Position numbers and translations under genes: made by a program | NCBI GenBank assembly: GCA_965220745.1 | Contig: CBDCQT010000012.1 | Coordinates: 512,001-576,000 of the forward strand | Length of the DNA stretch: 64,000 nucleotides | Direction: 5' to 3' | Source: Alphaproteobacteria bacterium | GTDB taxonomy: Bacteria > Pseudomonadota > Alphaproteobacteria > UBA828 | Shown: positions 1-11,728 of the stretch, piece by piece | Layout: every line of letters starts with the position of its first letter | Position numbering within the stretch: position 1 is the stretch's first letter | Notes under the pieces: model-generated | Told to the model about the DNA's origin: nothing | Database searches by the model: none | Seen by the model: the letters and a program-made list of their open reading frames with translations, nothing else

Positions 1-1
1 C

Positions 2-214
2 TTTATCGGGCGCTTCCGGCCGGTCCCCGTCATCGTCACGGCGTTCGTGGTGGGCGGCGTCTACACCGCAGGCGACACCCTCAAGGTGTTCTATCAACTG
101 CCCGCCGCGATCACGACGCTGATCGAGGCGGTGATCCTCTTCACCTTCGTCGTCGTCGAGTTCTTCAGCCGCTACCGGCTCAGCTGGGGCGTGCGGGAGC
201 GGGAGCACGCCTGA
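2..214 (+). CDS. ABC transporter permease, C-terminal part (runs off window start)
   Basis: Open hydrophobic frame FIGRFRPVPVIVTAFVVGG...EFFSRYRLSW; its TGA overlaps the ATG of the next permease (TGATG at 212-216). Confidence 0.75.
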   Translation, partial: FIGRFRPVPVIVTAFVVGGVYTAGDTLKVFYQLPAAITTLIEAVILFTFVVVEFFSRYRLSWGVREREHA

Positions 215-1143
215 TGGCGGCCGATTTCGTCCAGAACTGGCTCGCCACCACGCCGGGCTTCGCCACGCCCTACCTGCTCGCGGCACTCGGCCTGATCATC
301 AACGAGCGCGCCGGCGTCCTCAATCTCGGCTGCGAGGGCATGATGCTGGTGGGCGCGATGGTGGGCGCGGTCGTGAGCTTCAACACCGGGCTCGCCGGCG
401 CCGGCGTGCCGGTCGCCATGCTGGCGGGCGCCCTGGTGGGTCTCGTCTTCGGCATCGCCGTCGTGGTCTTTCGCACCGATCAGGTGCTGACCGGGCTCAT
501 CATCGTCGCCCTCGGCGACGGGCTGACCGGGGTCGTCGGCCGGCCCTACATGTTCGAGAAGGTGGCGGGCTTCCGCGACCTCGATCTCGGCGTGCTCAGC
601 GACATCCCGTGGATCGGACCGATCGTCTTCCAGCAGGACATCCTGGTCTACGCCGCTGCGGCGCTTGCCATCGCAGTATGGTGGGGCCTCGACCGTTCGG
701 ACGCGGGGCTCAGGCTGCGCGCCGTCGGCGAGGACCCCGCGACGGCCGATGTCGCCGGCGTCAACGTCCAGCTCTTCCGTATTGCCGCCGTGATGCTGGG
801 GGGCGCGCTCTGCGGAATCGCCGGCGCCTACCTGTCGCTCGCCTCCAGCTTCGTCTGGACCGAGCACATGGTCGCCGGACGCGGCTGGATCGTCATTGCG
901 CTCGTCATCTTCTCCGGCTGGCGGCCGGGGCGCGCGGTGATTGGGGCGCTCATCTTCGGCGGCGCCGAAGCGTTGATCCCGCGCGTCCAGGCGATCGGCC
1001 TGGACGTGCCGATCTATATCGTCGGCATGCTCCCCTACGTGCTGACGCTCGCGGTGCTGATCGTGCCCACGATCCTGCGCGGCGAGCGCTCGCCTGCGCC
1101 GAGCGGGCTTCTGCTCAACTACCTGCGCCAGGATCGGCGTTAG
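214..1143 (+). CDS. ABC transporter permease (nucleoside/simple-sugar type, BPD_transp_2)
   Basis: ERAGVLNLGCEGMML, GLRLRAVGEDP and AGRGWI motifs; many TM segments. Confidence 0.9.
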   Translation: MAADFVQNWLATTPGFATPYLLAALGLIINERAGVLNLGCEGMMLVGAMVGAVVSFNTGLAGAGVPVAMLAGALVGLVFGIAVVVFRTDQVLTGLIIVALGDGLTGVVGRPYMFEKVAGFRDLDLGVLSDIPWIGPIVFQQDILVYAAAALAIAVWWGLDRSDAGLRLRAVGEDPATADVAGVNVQLFRIAAVMLGGALCGIAGAYLSLASSFVWTEHMVAGRGWIVIALVIFSGWRPGRAVIGALIFGGAEALIPRVQAIGLDVPIYIVGMLPYVLTLAVLIVPTILRGERSPAPSGLLLNYLRQDRR

Positions 1144-1189
1144 CATGCAACGGCGGTAATCGACATCGACATCGAATGGGAGGCTAGAC

Positions 1190-1801
1190 ATGTCCGGCTT
1201 GGCAACGGTGCGCGAGACCCACGAAGTGGCGGCGCGCACGGGAAAATCGTTCGAGGTGGCAACCGGAGACCTCATCCGGATCACGGATTTGGAAGGCTCG
1301 CAGCCGGTGGATTTCTGGGCCTTCAGCAAGGAGGACCATCTGGAGTTTCTCTCCTGCGAACACACCAAGCCCTCGATCGAGAAGCTGTTTCCGCACGTCG
1401 GGGACTCGGCCTACACCAACCGGCGCCAGAAGATCGTCACGGTCGTGGACGACACCTCGCCCGGCCAGCACGACATGCAGTACGCCGCGTGCGATCCCAC
1501 GCGCTATGCGGAGCTGGGCGTCGAGGGTTATCACGAGAGCTGCCAGGAGAACCTTCACCTGGCGCTCGACGGCTACGGCATCGTGCTCGACTTCACGCCG
1601 CAGCCCTGGAACCTGTTCACCAACTTCTTCATCAACCCGGACGGCACCTTCACCATCAAGGCGCCGGAGTCGAAGGCCGGCGACCACATCGTGCTGCGGG
1701 CCGAGATGGACGCCACCATCGTCGTCTCGGCCTGCCCCCAGGATCAGAACCCCACCTGCGGCGGCCAGCCCACCGATATCCGGGTCGAGGTCGGCCGCTG
1801 A
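1190..1801 (+). CDS. Urea carboxylase-associated family protein (DUF1989)
   Basis: DLEGSQPVDFW, GQHDMQYAACD, HESCQENL, PWNLFTN and VSACPQD motifs; GGAGG SD upstream. Confidence 0.85.
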   Translation: MSGLATVRETHEVAARTGKSFEVATGDLIRITDLEGSQPVDFWAFSKEDHLEFLSCEHTKPSIEKLFPHVGDSAYTNRRQKIVTVVDDTSPGQHDMQYAACDPTRYAELGVEGYHESCQENLHLALDGYGIVLDFTPQPWNLFTNFFINPDGTFTIKAPESKAGDHIVLRAEMDATIVVSACPQDQNPTCGGQPTDIRVEVGR

Positions 1802-2204
1802 GCCGGCGCCCGAGTCGCCCGCGCCCGGAGGGTCGTGCGCGGCAGGCAGGGTCGCGGGCGCGCAATCAAGAGTCTCGCCCGCGCCTCCCGCACCTTTTCC
1901 CCGGCGCGGTGGAACAAAACCACTTTTAAATTTGCGGGATGCGCTGGGATTAGGCGGGATAGGTGGGAGATGCCGCGCACGCCCGGAGGGACGTGTGCGC
2001 GGTAGATAGGGTCGCGGGCACGGTAACAAGGTTCCGCGCGCGAAACCAAGAGTCGCGCACACCCATCCATCTTGCTTGCCATGACCCGCTCGCTCTCGCG
2101 CTGCGTCGCGCGGCTGCACGCGCGGGAATGTGATTGACGCATGGCGCAATCCTGACGCAGGCCCCGCGCCCTGTGCACCGCATCATGGTCCGGGGGTCTG
2201 GTTC

Positions 2205-2312
2205 CCCACATCGTCATGCCCGGACTTGATCCGGGCATCTCTCTCGCGCAACGCACTGTAAGGAAAAGAAAAACGTGGATGGCCGGGTCAAGCCCGGCCA
2301 TGACGAGGTGGG
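2205..2312. repeat. REP-like palindromic intergenic repeat (GTCATGCCCGGACTTGATCCGGGCATC...GATGGCCGGGTCAAGCCCGGCCATGAC)
   Basis: Two inverted hairpin units enclosed by an outer stem; a second copy at 3850-5237 is split by the IS. Confidence 0.85.
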
Positions 2313-2334
2313 TGGGTTCGCGCCCTTCTCCCGC

Positions 2335-2652
2335 TTAAAAGTCGGGATCGATGCTGTACTTGATCGATAGCGACTGGGGTTTGTCTATATCGGTGGCGAG
2401 CGCTGTCAGCGCGTGACCCTGGATAAAGCCCTGCGCGACGCCCAGGAATCGTGGTTCGGCACCGCTATCCTCGTATAAGCGGATGTGAGCCATGCCCGAA
2501 TCGCAAGTGGTGCTGGCTTCGATGGTTAGCATTCCCATCGCGTTCTGCCACCGCCAGTCCTCGATCTCGCAGGTCCCGACGTGATCGTCGCAGGCAAGAG
2601 CCGAGCCCATGCACAGCGGGATGACAGCAAGCGACAATAGAGCGAACCGCAT
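2335..2652 (-). CDS. Small secreted hypothetical protein
   Basis: Signal-peptide-like N-terminus MRFALLSLAVIPLCMGSALA, purine-rich SD, directly downstream of the CoA-transferase. Confidence 0.65.
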   Translation of the reverse strand: MRFALLSLAVIPLCMGSALACDDHVGTCEIEDWRWQNAMGMLTIEASTTCDSGMAHIRLYEDSGAEPRFLGVAQGFIQGHALTALATDIDKPQSLSIKYSIDPDF

Positions 2653-2667
2653 TCCTCTCTCCTCCAA

Positions 2668-3828
2668 TCAGTTGTCATCGGACCCAGCGCCAAACTCCCC
2701 CCGTATCAACTCACTCTGCTCACCCAGGGCCGGGACGGGGCGGAGGGGGCGGTCGGCGTCCGCGCCGTCGCCGTGGCGGGCGGGGGGTGCGACGATCTCG
2801 ACCGTGCCGGCGGCCGTCTCCACCGGCGCACGCCGAAGCTGTGGGTGCTGGGACAAGCCCGCGACATCGTTGAGGCGGCCGAAGGCGATGCCCGCATCCC
2901 GCAGGGCCGCCGCCAGCGATTCCATGTCGTGGCGGCCGAAGACCGCGACGATCAGCGCGTCCATCTCCGGCTTGTTCTGGAGCCGGGCCGGGTGGCCGGC
3001 GAAGCGCGCATCGGTGGCGAGTGTCGCATCGCCCAGGATGTGCGCGCAGAAGCGCGCCCACTCGCGCTCGTTCTGGATCGCGATCACCATCTGCCCGCCG
3101 CAGCCCACGGGATAGGCGCCGTAGGGCGCGATCATGGCGTGGCTGAGGCCGGTGCGCGCCGGCGCCTTGCCGCCGTGCTCCAAGTGCAGGAGCGGCACGG
3201 TCATCCAGTCCGCCATGCCGTCGAAGAGCGAGACCCTGATGCCGGTGCCCCGGCCGGTGCGCTCGCGGCCGATCACGGCTTCGAGGATCGCGCCGTAGGC
3301 GTTGAGCCCCGCCCCGATGTCGCAGACGGATACCCCGACCCGGCTCGCGGATTCAGGGGTGCCGGTCACCGACGCGATCCCCGATTCGCACTGGATGAGG
3401 AAGTCGTAGGCCTTCATCGCGGCGTAGGGGCCGCTCTCGCCATAGCCGCTGATGTCGCAGGTGATGAGGCGGGGATGCCGGCGCCTGAGCTCGTCGGAGT
3501 CGAAGCCCGCCCGCGCCGCCGCGCCGGGCGCGAGGTTCTGCACGAACACGTCGGCCGTGGCGACGATGCGGTGCAGCAGGGCGTTGTCGCCCGCGTCCTT
3601 GATGTCGAGGACGATGGATTCCTTGCCCCGGTTGAGCCAGACGAACCAGGCGCATTCGCCGCCCACGTGGCGGTCGTAGAAGCGGGCGAAGTCGCCCTCC
3701 GCCCGCTCCACCTTGATGACGCGCGCGCCCGCGTCCGCGAGGCGCACGGTGGCGAAGGGCGCGGCCACGGCCTGCTCGACCGAGACCACCAGGAGACCGC
3801 TGAGCGGGCCGGTGCCTGCTTCGCTCAC
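2668..3828 (-). CDS. CaiB/BaiF family III CoA-transferase
   Basis: EQAVAAPFAT, LADAGARVIKVE, LNRGKES, ISGYG and catalytic D in VCDIGAG. Confidence 0.92.
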   Translation of the reverse strand: MSEAGTGPLSGLLVVSVEQAVAAPFATVRLADAGARVIKVERAEGDFARFYDRHVGGECAWFVWLNRGKESIVLDIKDAGDNALLHRIVATADVFVQNLAPGAAARAGFDSDELRRRHPRLITCDISGYGESGPYAAMKAYDFLIQCESGIASVTGTPESASRVGVSVCDIGAGLNAYGAILEAVIGRERTGRGTGIRVSLFDGMADWMTVPLLHLEHGGKAPARTGLSHAMIAPYGAYPVGCGGQMVIAIQNEREWARFCAHILGDATLATDARFAGHPARLQNKPEMDALIVAVFGRHDMESLAAALRDAGIAFGRLNDVAGLSQHPQLRRAPVETAAGTVEIVAPPARHGDGADADRPLRPVPALGEQSELIRGEFGAGSDDN

Positions 3829-3849
3829 GACCCGCTCTTTTCCCTACTC

Positions 3850-3951
3850 CGTCATGCCCGGACCTGCCCGGACTTGATCCGGGTATCCGGGCATCCATCT
3901 CTGCCCGGCTCGTCCGAGGGTGGGCAGATTCGTGGATGGCCGGGTCAAGCC
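3850..3951. repeat. REP-like repeat, left part (interrupted by IS4; continues at 5211-5237)
   Basis: Matches the 2205-2312 element; removing the IS and one TSD restores GTGGATGGCCGGGTCAAGCCCGGCCATGACGAGGTGGG exactly. Confidence 0.85.
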
Positions 3952-5210
3952 CATTGCTGTCCGGTTTAGCTTGGGTAGACAAGGTGCATGGCTTGGATTC
4001 AACTTGGTTTTTGCAAGACCTGTTGAATCGAAGCTCGCAATGGAGCCCAAGCCATGCCCTACCAGGATACGATTTTCGGCGGACTGATGAAGGCGTTTCC
4101 GCGCTGGCGCTTCGACAAGCTGGCAGAGCGCCACGGAGCGGACTACCGGGTCCGGCGCCTTTCGTCGTGGAGCCAGTTCCAGGCGATGGTGTTCGCCCAG
4201 CTGTCGGGCTCGCGCTCGTTGCGCGAGGCGGTCGGTGCGCTGGAACGCTTTCCGGGCGTCCATGCCCATCTGGGTCTGGCGCCGGTGCGGCGGTCTACGC
4301 TCGCGGATGCCAACCGGGTACGTCCGGCGGCCCTGTTCGAGGACGTACTCGAGGCCCTGGTCGCCCGGCTGGGCGCATCTGCGGGCCAGCGCGGGCGGGA
4401 GATGCTGCGCCTCGTCGATGCGACCCGGGTCCTGGTTGGCAAGCGGATCGAGAGCTGGGAGGTCGACGGTGCCGTCAAGCTGCACGTGGTCTACGACCCG
4501 GACGCAGATGCGCCCGTTTGCTTTGCCGTGACCTCGGCCAGGGTCAACGACATCACGCCGGCCAAGCGCCTCCCCATCGAGCCCGGCGCGACTTACGTCT
4601 TCGACAAGGGCTATTACGACTTCGCCTTCTGGGCAGACATCGACGCCAAGGGGAGCCGCTTCGTCACCCGGCTGAAGAAGAACTCGCCCACAAGCCTGAT
4701 CGAGACCCGCCCGGTCAAGCCGGACGGCCCGGTCGTGGCCGACCGCGTCGCCTTGCTGTCGAAGCGCCTGGCGGCGAGCCGCCAGAACCCCTTCGACAAG
4801 CCGGTGCGTCTGGTCACCGTGCGCATCGACAGCGGCAGGGAGATCATGCTGGTCAGCAACGACCTCAATGCCCCAGCCGAAGAGATCGCGGCGCTCTACA
4901 AGCGGCGCTGGCAGGTCGAGCTGTTCTTCAAGTGGATCAAGCAGAACCTGAAGATCCGGCACTTCCTCGGCACCAGCGAGAATGCCGTGCGCATCCAGAT
5001 CGTCACCGCGCTGATCGCCTACCTGCTGCTGCGGCTGGCGCAGATCGGAACCGGAACCCGGCTCGGCCTCCAGGCCATCGCCCGCCTCGTCGCCAAGACG
5101 ACCTTCCAGCGCCGGGCGCTCACCGACCTCTTCGAACCGCCGCCCGATGAGCCACAAACCCATGACCAACTCCAAATCCCCTTCGCCAAAATCTAAACCG
5201 GACAGCAATG
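3952..5210 (+). mobile_element. Complete IS4-family insertion sequence, 1259 bp
   Basis: Perfect 18-bp terminal IRs CATTGCTGTCCGGTTTAG (3952-3969 / 5193-5210); 9-bp target duplication GGTCAAGCC (3943-3951, 5211-5219). Confidence 0.95.
4054..5196 (+). CDS. IS4-family DDE transposase
   Basis: LVDAT, VFDKGY and YKRRWQVELFFKWIKQ (YREK signature); stop codon lies inside the right IR. Confidence 0.95.
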   Translation: MPYQDTIFGGLMKAFPRWRFDKLAERHGADYRVRRLSSWSQFQAMVFAQLSGSRSLREAVGALERFPGVHAHLGLAPVRRSTLADANRVRPAALFEDVLEALVARLGASAGQRGREMLRLVDATRVLVGKRIESWEVDGAVKLHVVYDPDADAPVCFAVTSARVNDITPAKRLPIEPGATYVFDKGYYDFAFWADIDAKGSRFVTRLKKNSPTSLIETRPVKPDGPVVADRVALLSKRLAASRQNPFDKPVRLVTVRIDSGREIMLVSNDLNAPAEEIAALYKRRWQVELFFKWIKQNLKIRHFLGTSENAVRIQIVTALIAYLLLRLAQIGTGTRLGLQAIARLVAKTTFQRRALTDLFEPPPDEPQTHDQLQIPFAKI

Positions 5211-5277
5211 GGTCAAGCCCGGCCATGACGAGGTGGGATTAACGTGCGAAGGCATGCGAACGGCTGTCGGGGGGCGG

Positions 5278-5454
5278 TAGAGCGTGTCCGCCTTTGACGG
5301 ACACGCGACAGGCCGCGACTGCGGCCCGCCGCTTATGCGGCGCCATCGCGCGCCCGCGCGCGTGGACGCGCGACGCGGAGGCGCCGGCCGTAAGGCCGGC
5401 TGCCGTGAGCGATAAAGAAGCCGGAGCGTTTCCGTGCAAAACGGAAACGCCCTA
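5278..5454. repeat. Structured MITE-like intergenic repeat, family A copy 1
   Basis: Five hairpins; similar to 11729-11876; imperfect terminal IR TAGAGCGT/ACGCCCTA. Confidence 0.7.
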
Positions 5455-6629
5455 ATACGAGCGGGGCATGCCGAGCACATGCTGGCCGAGGTAGGCGAGG
5501 ACGAGGTTGGTCGAGATCGGCGCCACGCGGTAGAGCCGGGCCTCGCGAAACTTGCGCTCCACGTCGTACTCCTCGGCGAAGCCGAAGCCGCCGTGGGTCT
5601 GGAGGCAGGTGTCGGCGGCCTTCCACGAGGCTTCCGCCGCGAGCAGCTTCGCCATGTTGGCCTCGGGCCCGCACGGGCGGCCCGCGTCGAAGAGTGCTGC
5701 GGCCTTCTGCACCATGAGCCGCGCGGCCTCCATCTGCGCATACGCCTCGGCGATGGGGAACTGCACGCCCTGGTTGGCGCCGATGGGGCGGCCGAACACC
5801 TGGCGCTCGGTGGCATACGCGCTCGCCTTCTCGATGAACCAGCGGCAGTCGCCGATGCACTCGGCGGCGATCAGGATGCGCTCGGCGTTCATGCCGTCCA
5901 GGATGTAGCGAAAGCCCCGACCCTCTTCGCCGATCAGGCTGGAGCCGGGGATCACCAGGTCGTCGAAGAAGAGCTCGGTGGTCGCGTGGTTGATCATGGT
6001 GCGGATCGGCCTGATTTCGAGACCCTGGCCGACCGCATGCTCGAGCTCGACCAGGAACACCGAGAGACCTTCGGTGCGCTTCTTGGTCTCCGCCGCTGGC
6101 GTGGTACGGGCGAGCAGGAGCAGCAGGTCCGAGTGCTCGGCCCGCGAGATCCAGACCTTCTGGCCGTTCACGGTGTAATCGCCGTCCGTGCGGCGCTCGG
6201 CGGTGGTCCGCAGCTGGGTCGTGTCCGAGCCGGTGGTGGGCTCGGTGACCCCGAATGCCTGGAGCCGGCGCGCGCCGCTCGCGATCTGCGGCAGGTAGGT
6301 CTCCTTCTGCGCGTCCGAGCCGTGCCGCAGCACCGTGCCCATGGTGTACATCTGGGCGTGGCAGGCGCCGCCGTTGCAGCCGGATGCGTGGATCTCCTCC
6401 AGGATTGCCGCGCCGGCGCCGATGCCGAGCCCGCTGCCGCCGTAGCGCTCAGGGATCAGCGCGGCCAAAAAACCCGCGTCGGTGAGCGCCTGCACGAACT
6501 CCTCCGGGTAGGCGCGCTCGCGATCCTTCTCCCGCCAGTACTCGCCGGGGTAGCGCGCGCATAGCGCGCTGACCGGCTCGCGCAGCTCGCGGTGGTCGTC
6601 GTCGAGGTCGATGAAGGCGCGCTGCTCGC

Positions 6630-6633
<4 letters not shown>
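5452..6633 (-). CDS. Acyl-CoA dehydrogenase
   Basis: VTEPTTGSD, NGQKVWIS, RQVFGRPIG and QTHGGFGF motifs; its ATG overlaps the glmS stop (ATGA). Confidence 0.92.
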
Positions 6634-8453
<1,820 letters not shown>

Positions 8454-8470
8454 GGTGCCGGCGCTCCTCT

Positions 8471-9826
8471 TCAGTCCTCGGCCGGGTCGGGCTGGCGCCG
8501 CTCGCGCCGCCGCGCCGCCGCGCCTTCGCGCTGGCGCTGCTCGCCCCTGGCCACGGCGATGGCGTCCGCCTCCACGTCCTCGGTGATCACGCTGCCGGCG
8601 CCGACCACCGCGCCGGGGCCCACGGTCACCGGCGCCACCAGTGCGGTGTTGGAGCCGATGAACGCGCCCTCGCCGATCTCCGTCCGCGACTTCTGATAGC
8701 CGTCGTAGTTGCAGGTGATCGTGCCGGCGCCGATGTTGGCGCCCGCGCCGACCCCGGCATCGCCCACGTAGCTCAGGTGGTTGATCTTGGCACCTTCCGC
8801 GACCGTGCTGCCCTTCACCTCGACGAAGTTGCCCACGCGCGCGCCTTCGCCGATGTCGCTGCCGGGCCGGAGCCGCGCAAACGGGCCGATCACGGCGCCT
8901 TTCCGCACGCGCACGCCCTCCAGGTGGCTGAAGGGCCTGATCTCGACCTCGTCCTCGATGACCACGCCGGGGCCGATGGCGACGTTCGGCCCGATGGTCA
9001 CGTCGGTGCCCAGGCGCGTGTCGCAGCTGAGCCAGACCGTGGCCGGCTCGGTGAGCGTGGCGCCACCCTCCATCGCCGCCCGGCGCAGACGGCCCTGAAT
9101 GACGCGCTCGGCGTCGGCCAGCTGTACGCGGTCGTTGATGCCCATGACCTCCTCCGCCGGCGCTTCGGCGACCGCGCACCGGCCGCCCTCCGCCGCGACG
9201 ACGGCGGGGAGGTCGGTGAGATAGTACTCGCCCTTGGCGTTGTCGTTGCCGATGGCATCGAGCAGGGAGAAGAGCCGGCGCCCGTCCACCGCCATCATGC
9301 CGGCGTTGCAGAGCGTGACCGCGCGCTCGTCCCCGCTCGCCTCGGCGTATTCCACGATGCGGGCGAGCGAGCCGTCGGGCGCCAGAATCAGCCGGCCGTA
9401 CTCTGCGGGATCCTCCGGGCGGAAGCCCAGCACCGCGGCAGCCACGCTATCGCCCGCCCGCCGCGCCTGGATGAGCCGGGCCAGTATCTCGCCGCGCACC
9501 AGCGGCGTGTCCGCGTAGAGCACGAGCACGTCGCCCCCGAAATCCTGCAGCAGCGGCCGCGTCTGTGCCACCGCATGCGCGGTGCCGAGCGGCTCGTCCT
9601 GCACCGCGCACATCACCGCGTCGCCGACGCCTTCAAGGCCGGGAGCCGCCACTTCGAGCTCGGGTCCGATCACCAGCACCGTGCGTTCCGGCGCAAGCGA
9701 ACCGGCGATGGCCAGCGCGTGCTCCACCATCGGCCGCCCGGCGAGGGGATGCAGGACCTTGGGCAGGGCCGAGCGCATACGCGTCCCCTTGCCCGCCGCA
9801 AGCACGACGCAGGCGAGCCCGCTCAC
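8471..9826 (-). CDS. glmU: Bifunctional UDP-GlcNAc pyrophosphorylase / glucosamine-1-P acetyltransferase
   Basis: LAAGKGTRM, GEYYLTD, hexapeptide repeats and CNYDG; adjacent to glmS. Confidence 0.97.
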   Translation of the reverse strand: MSGLACVVLAAGKGTRMRSALPKVLHPLAGRPMVEHALAIAGSLAPERTVLVIGPELEVAAPGLEGVGDAVMCAVQDEPLGTAHAVAQTRPLLQDFGGDVLVLYADTPLVRGEILARLIQARRAGDSVAAAVLGFRPEDPAEYGRLILAPDGSLARIVEYAEASGDERAVTLCNAGMMAVDGRRLFSLLDAIGNDNAKGEYYLTDLPAVVAAEGGRCAVAEAPAEEVMGINDRVQLADAERVIQGRLRRAAMEGGATLTEPATVWLSCDTRLGTDVTIGPNVAIGPGVVIEDEVEIRPFSHLEGVRVRKGAVIGPFARLRPGSDIGEGARVGNFVEVKGSTVAEGAKINHLSYVGDAGVGAGANIGAGTITCNYDGYQKSRTEIGEGAFIGSNTALVAPVTVGPGAVVGAGSVITEDVEADAIAVARGEQRQREGAAARRRERRQPDPAED

Positions 9827-10030
9827 TTGCTCCTCCGCCGTGAGGTGCGCGCTCGCTGGCGACGTGTGCGATGGGAGACCGCTTGGCTCACGCCCGATGT
9901 CTCATTGGTTCAGGGATATCCAGCGCCGGATCGGTGGAGGCCGCGCGACTCCGACCATCATACCACGCCCGCCCGCGCCGCAGCCCCGCCCGCCTTGTCA
10001 ACATGCGCGGCTTCCCGCACCATCCGCGCG

Positions 10031-10711
10031 ATGCGTGAGCATGTGGACGCGGTGCTCGTCGATTTCGACGGGACGCTTGTCGATTCCGCGCCCGATCTCA
10101 TCGCGGCGCTCAACCGGCTGTTGACGGAACTGGGCCACGCGCCGGTCCCCTTCGAGGACTTCCGCCAGCGCGCCGGCGCCGGTGCCAAGCGCCTCCTGCT
10201 CGCGGCCCTCGATTCCCAGGGTGCGGCGCGGCCCAACGACACGGCGCTCCGGCCGCTGATCGAGCGGCTCATCGCCTACTACTTCGAGATCGAGACCGAG
10301 AGGGTGCGGCTCTTCCCCTCCGTGGCGGCCACCATCGAGCGGCTGCGCGACGCCGACATCTCGCTCGCCGTCTGCACCAACCGGGGGGAGCGCTCCACCC
10401 GCCGCCTGCTCGCCCACTTCGGCATCGACCGTCACATCGAGGCAGTGCTCGCCGGCGACATGGTTGCCAGGATCAAGCCCCATCCCGGCCATGTTCAGGA
10501 GGCGCTGGCGGCCCTCGGCGCTCGGCCGGCGCGCGCGGTCATGGTGGGCGACAGCGCCGCCGACGTGGATTCCGCGCAGGGAGCGGGCGTCGCGGCGATC
10601 GTCACGGCCTACGGATACAGCCCCGTTCCGCCGCACGACCTGGGGGCCGATGCCGTGATCGACGACTTCGCCGGGTTGCCGGCCGCGATCGAACGACTCT
10701 TCCGAGGGTAG
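10031..10711 (+). CDS. gph: HAD hydrolase, phosphoglycolate phosphatase-like
   Basis: DFDGTLVDS, CTN, KPHP and VGDSAAD motifs; divergent from glmU. Confidence 0.8.
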   Translation: MREHVDAVLVDFDGTLVDSAPDLIAALNRLLTELGHAPVPFEDFRQRAGAGAKRLLLAALDSQGAARPNDTALRPLIERLIAYYFEIETERVRLFPSVAATIERLRDADISLAVCTNRGERSTRRLLAHFGIDRHIEAVLAGDMVARIKPHPGHVQEALAALGARPARAVMVGDSAADVDSAQGAGVAAIVTAYGYSPVPPHDLGADAVIDDFAGLPAAIERLFRG

Positions 10712-10719
10712 CCCGCCGG

Positions 10720-11703
10720 ATGACGATCCTCGTGACCGGGGCCGCCGGCTTCATCGGCTTCCACGTCTGCAAGGCGCTGCTCGCGCGCGGCGAGCGCGTG
10801 CTCGGCGTGGACAATCTGAACGACTACTACGACGTGCGCCTCAAGCAGGCCCGGCTCGCCCTGCTGCAAGCACACGCGGGCTTCGCCTTCGCCCGCGCCG
10901 ACATCGCCGACCTCGAGGCGATGGCTGCGGCGGTCGCGCCGGAGCGCGGATCGATCACCGGGGTGGTCCATCTCGCGGCCCAGGCCGGGGTCCGTCATTC
11001 CCTGGTCGACCCCTACGCCTACGTGCAGGCCAACGTGATGGGCCAGGTCGTGATCCTGGAGCTTTGCCGCACGCTGCCCGCGCTGGAGCACCTCGTCTAC
11101 GCGAGCTCCAGCTCGGTCTACGGCGGCGTGGCCGAGGCGCCGTTCAGGGTCGAAGCCCGCGTCGATTCCCCGGTCTCCCTCTATGCCGCGACCAAGAGGG
11201 CCGGCGAGTTGATCGGCCATGTCTACGGGCATCTCCATGCCGTGCCCGCGACCGGGCTCCGCTTCTTCACGGTCTATGGCCCCTGGGGGCGGCCGGACAT
11301 GGCCTATTTTCTCTTCACGCGGTCGATCCTGGAGGGCCGGCCGATCACGCTCTTCAACCACGGCAGGATGAAGCGCGACTTCACCGATATCGACGACGTC
11401 GTGCCGGCGGTCTTGCGCGTTCTCGATGCGGCGCCGTCGGTGGGCGGCGGCACGGTGCCCCACCGCCTCTACAACGTCGGCAACAACCGGCCCGAGGCGT
11501 TGACCGACTTCGTCGCAGTGCTTGAGCGGGCGCTCGGCCGCAAGGCCGTGGTCGAGCACGCGCCGATGCAGCCGGGCGACGTGGAGGAGACCTGGGCGGA
11601 TATCGCGGCGCTGCAGCGCGACCACGGCTACGCGCCGAAGACCACCATCGCCGAGGGCATCCCCCGATTCGTCGCCTGGTACCGCGAGCACTACGGCGTC
11701 TGA
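10720..11703 (+). CDS. NAD-dependent epimerase (UDP-glucuronate 4-epimerase-like)
   Basis: TGAAGFIG, HLAAQAGVR, YAATK and YGPWGRPDMA. Confidence 0.9.
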   Translation: MTILVTGAAGFIGFHVCKALLARGERVLGVDNLNDYYDVRLKQARLALLQAHAGFAFARADIADLEAMAAAVAPERGSITGVVHLAAQAGVRHSLVDPYAYVQANVMGQVVILELCRTLPALEHLVYASSSSVYGGVAEAPFRVEARVDSPVSLYAATKRAGELIGHVYGHLHAVPATGLRFFTVYGPWGRPDMAYFLFTRSILEGRPITLFNHGRMKRDFTDIDDVVPAVLRVLDAAPSVGGGTVPHRLYNVGNNRPEALTDFVAVLERALGRKAVVEHAPMQPGDVEETWADIAALQRDHGYAPKTTIAEGIPRFVAWYREHYGV

Positions 11704-11728
11704 TCCAGGTAAGCTCCCGATAGGTACG

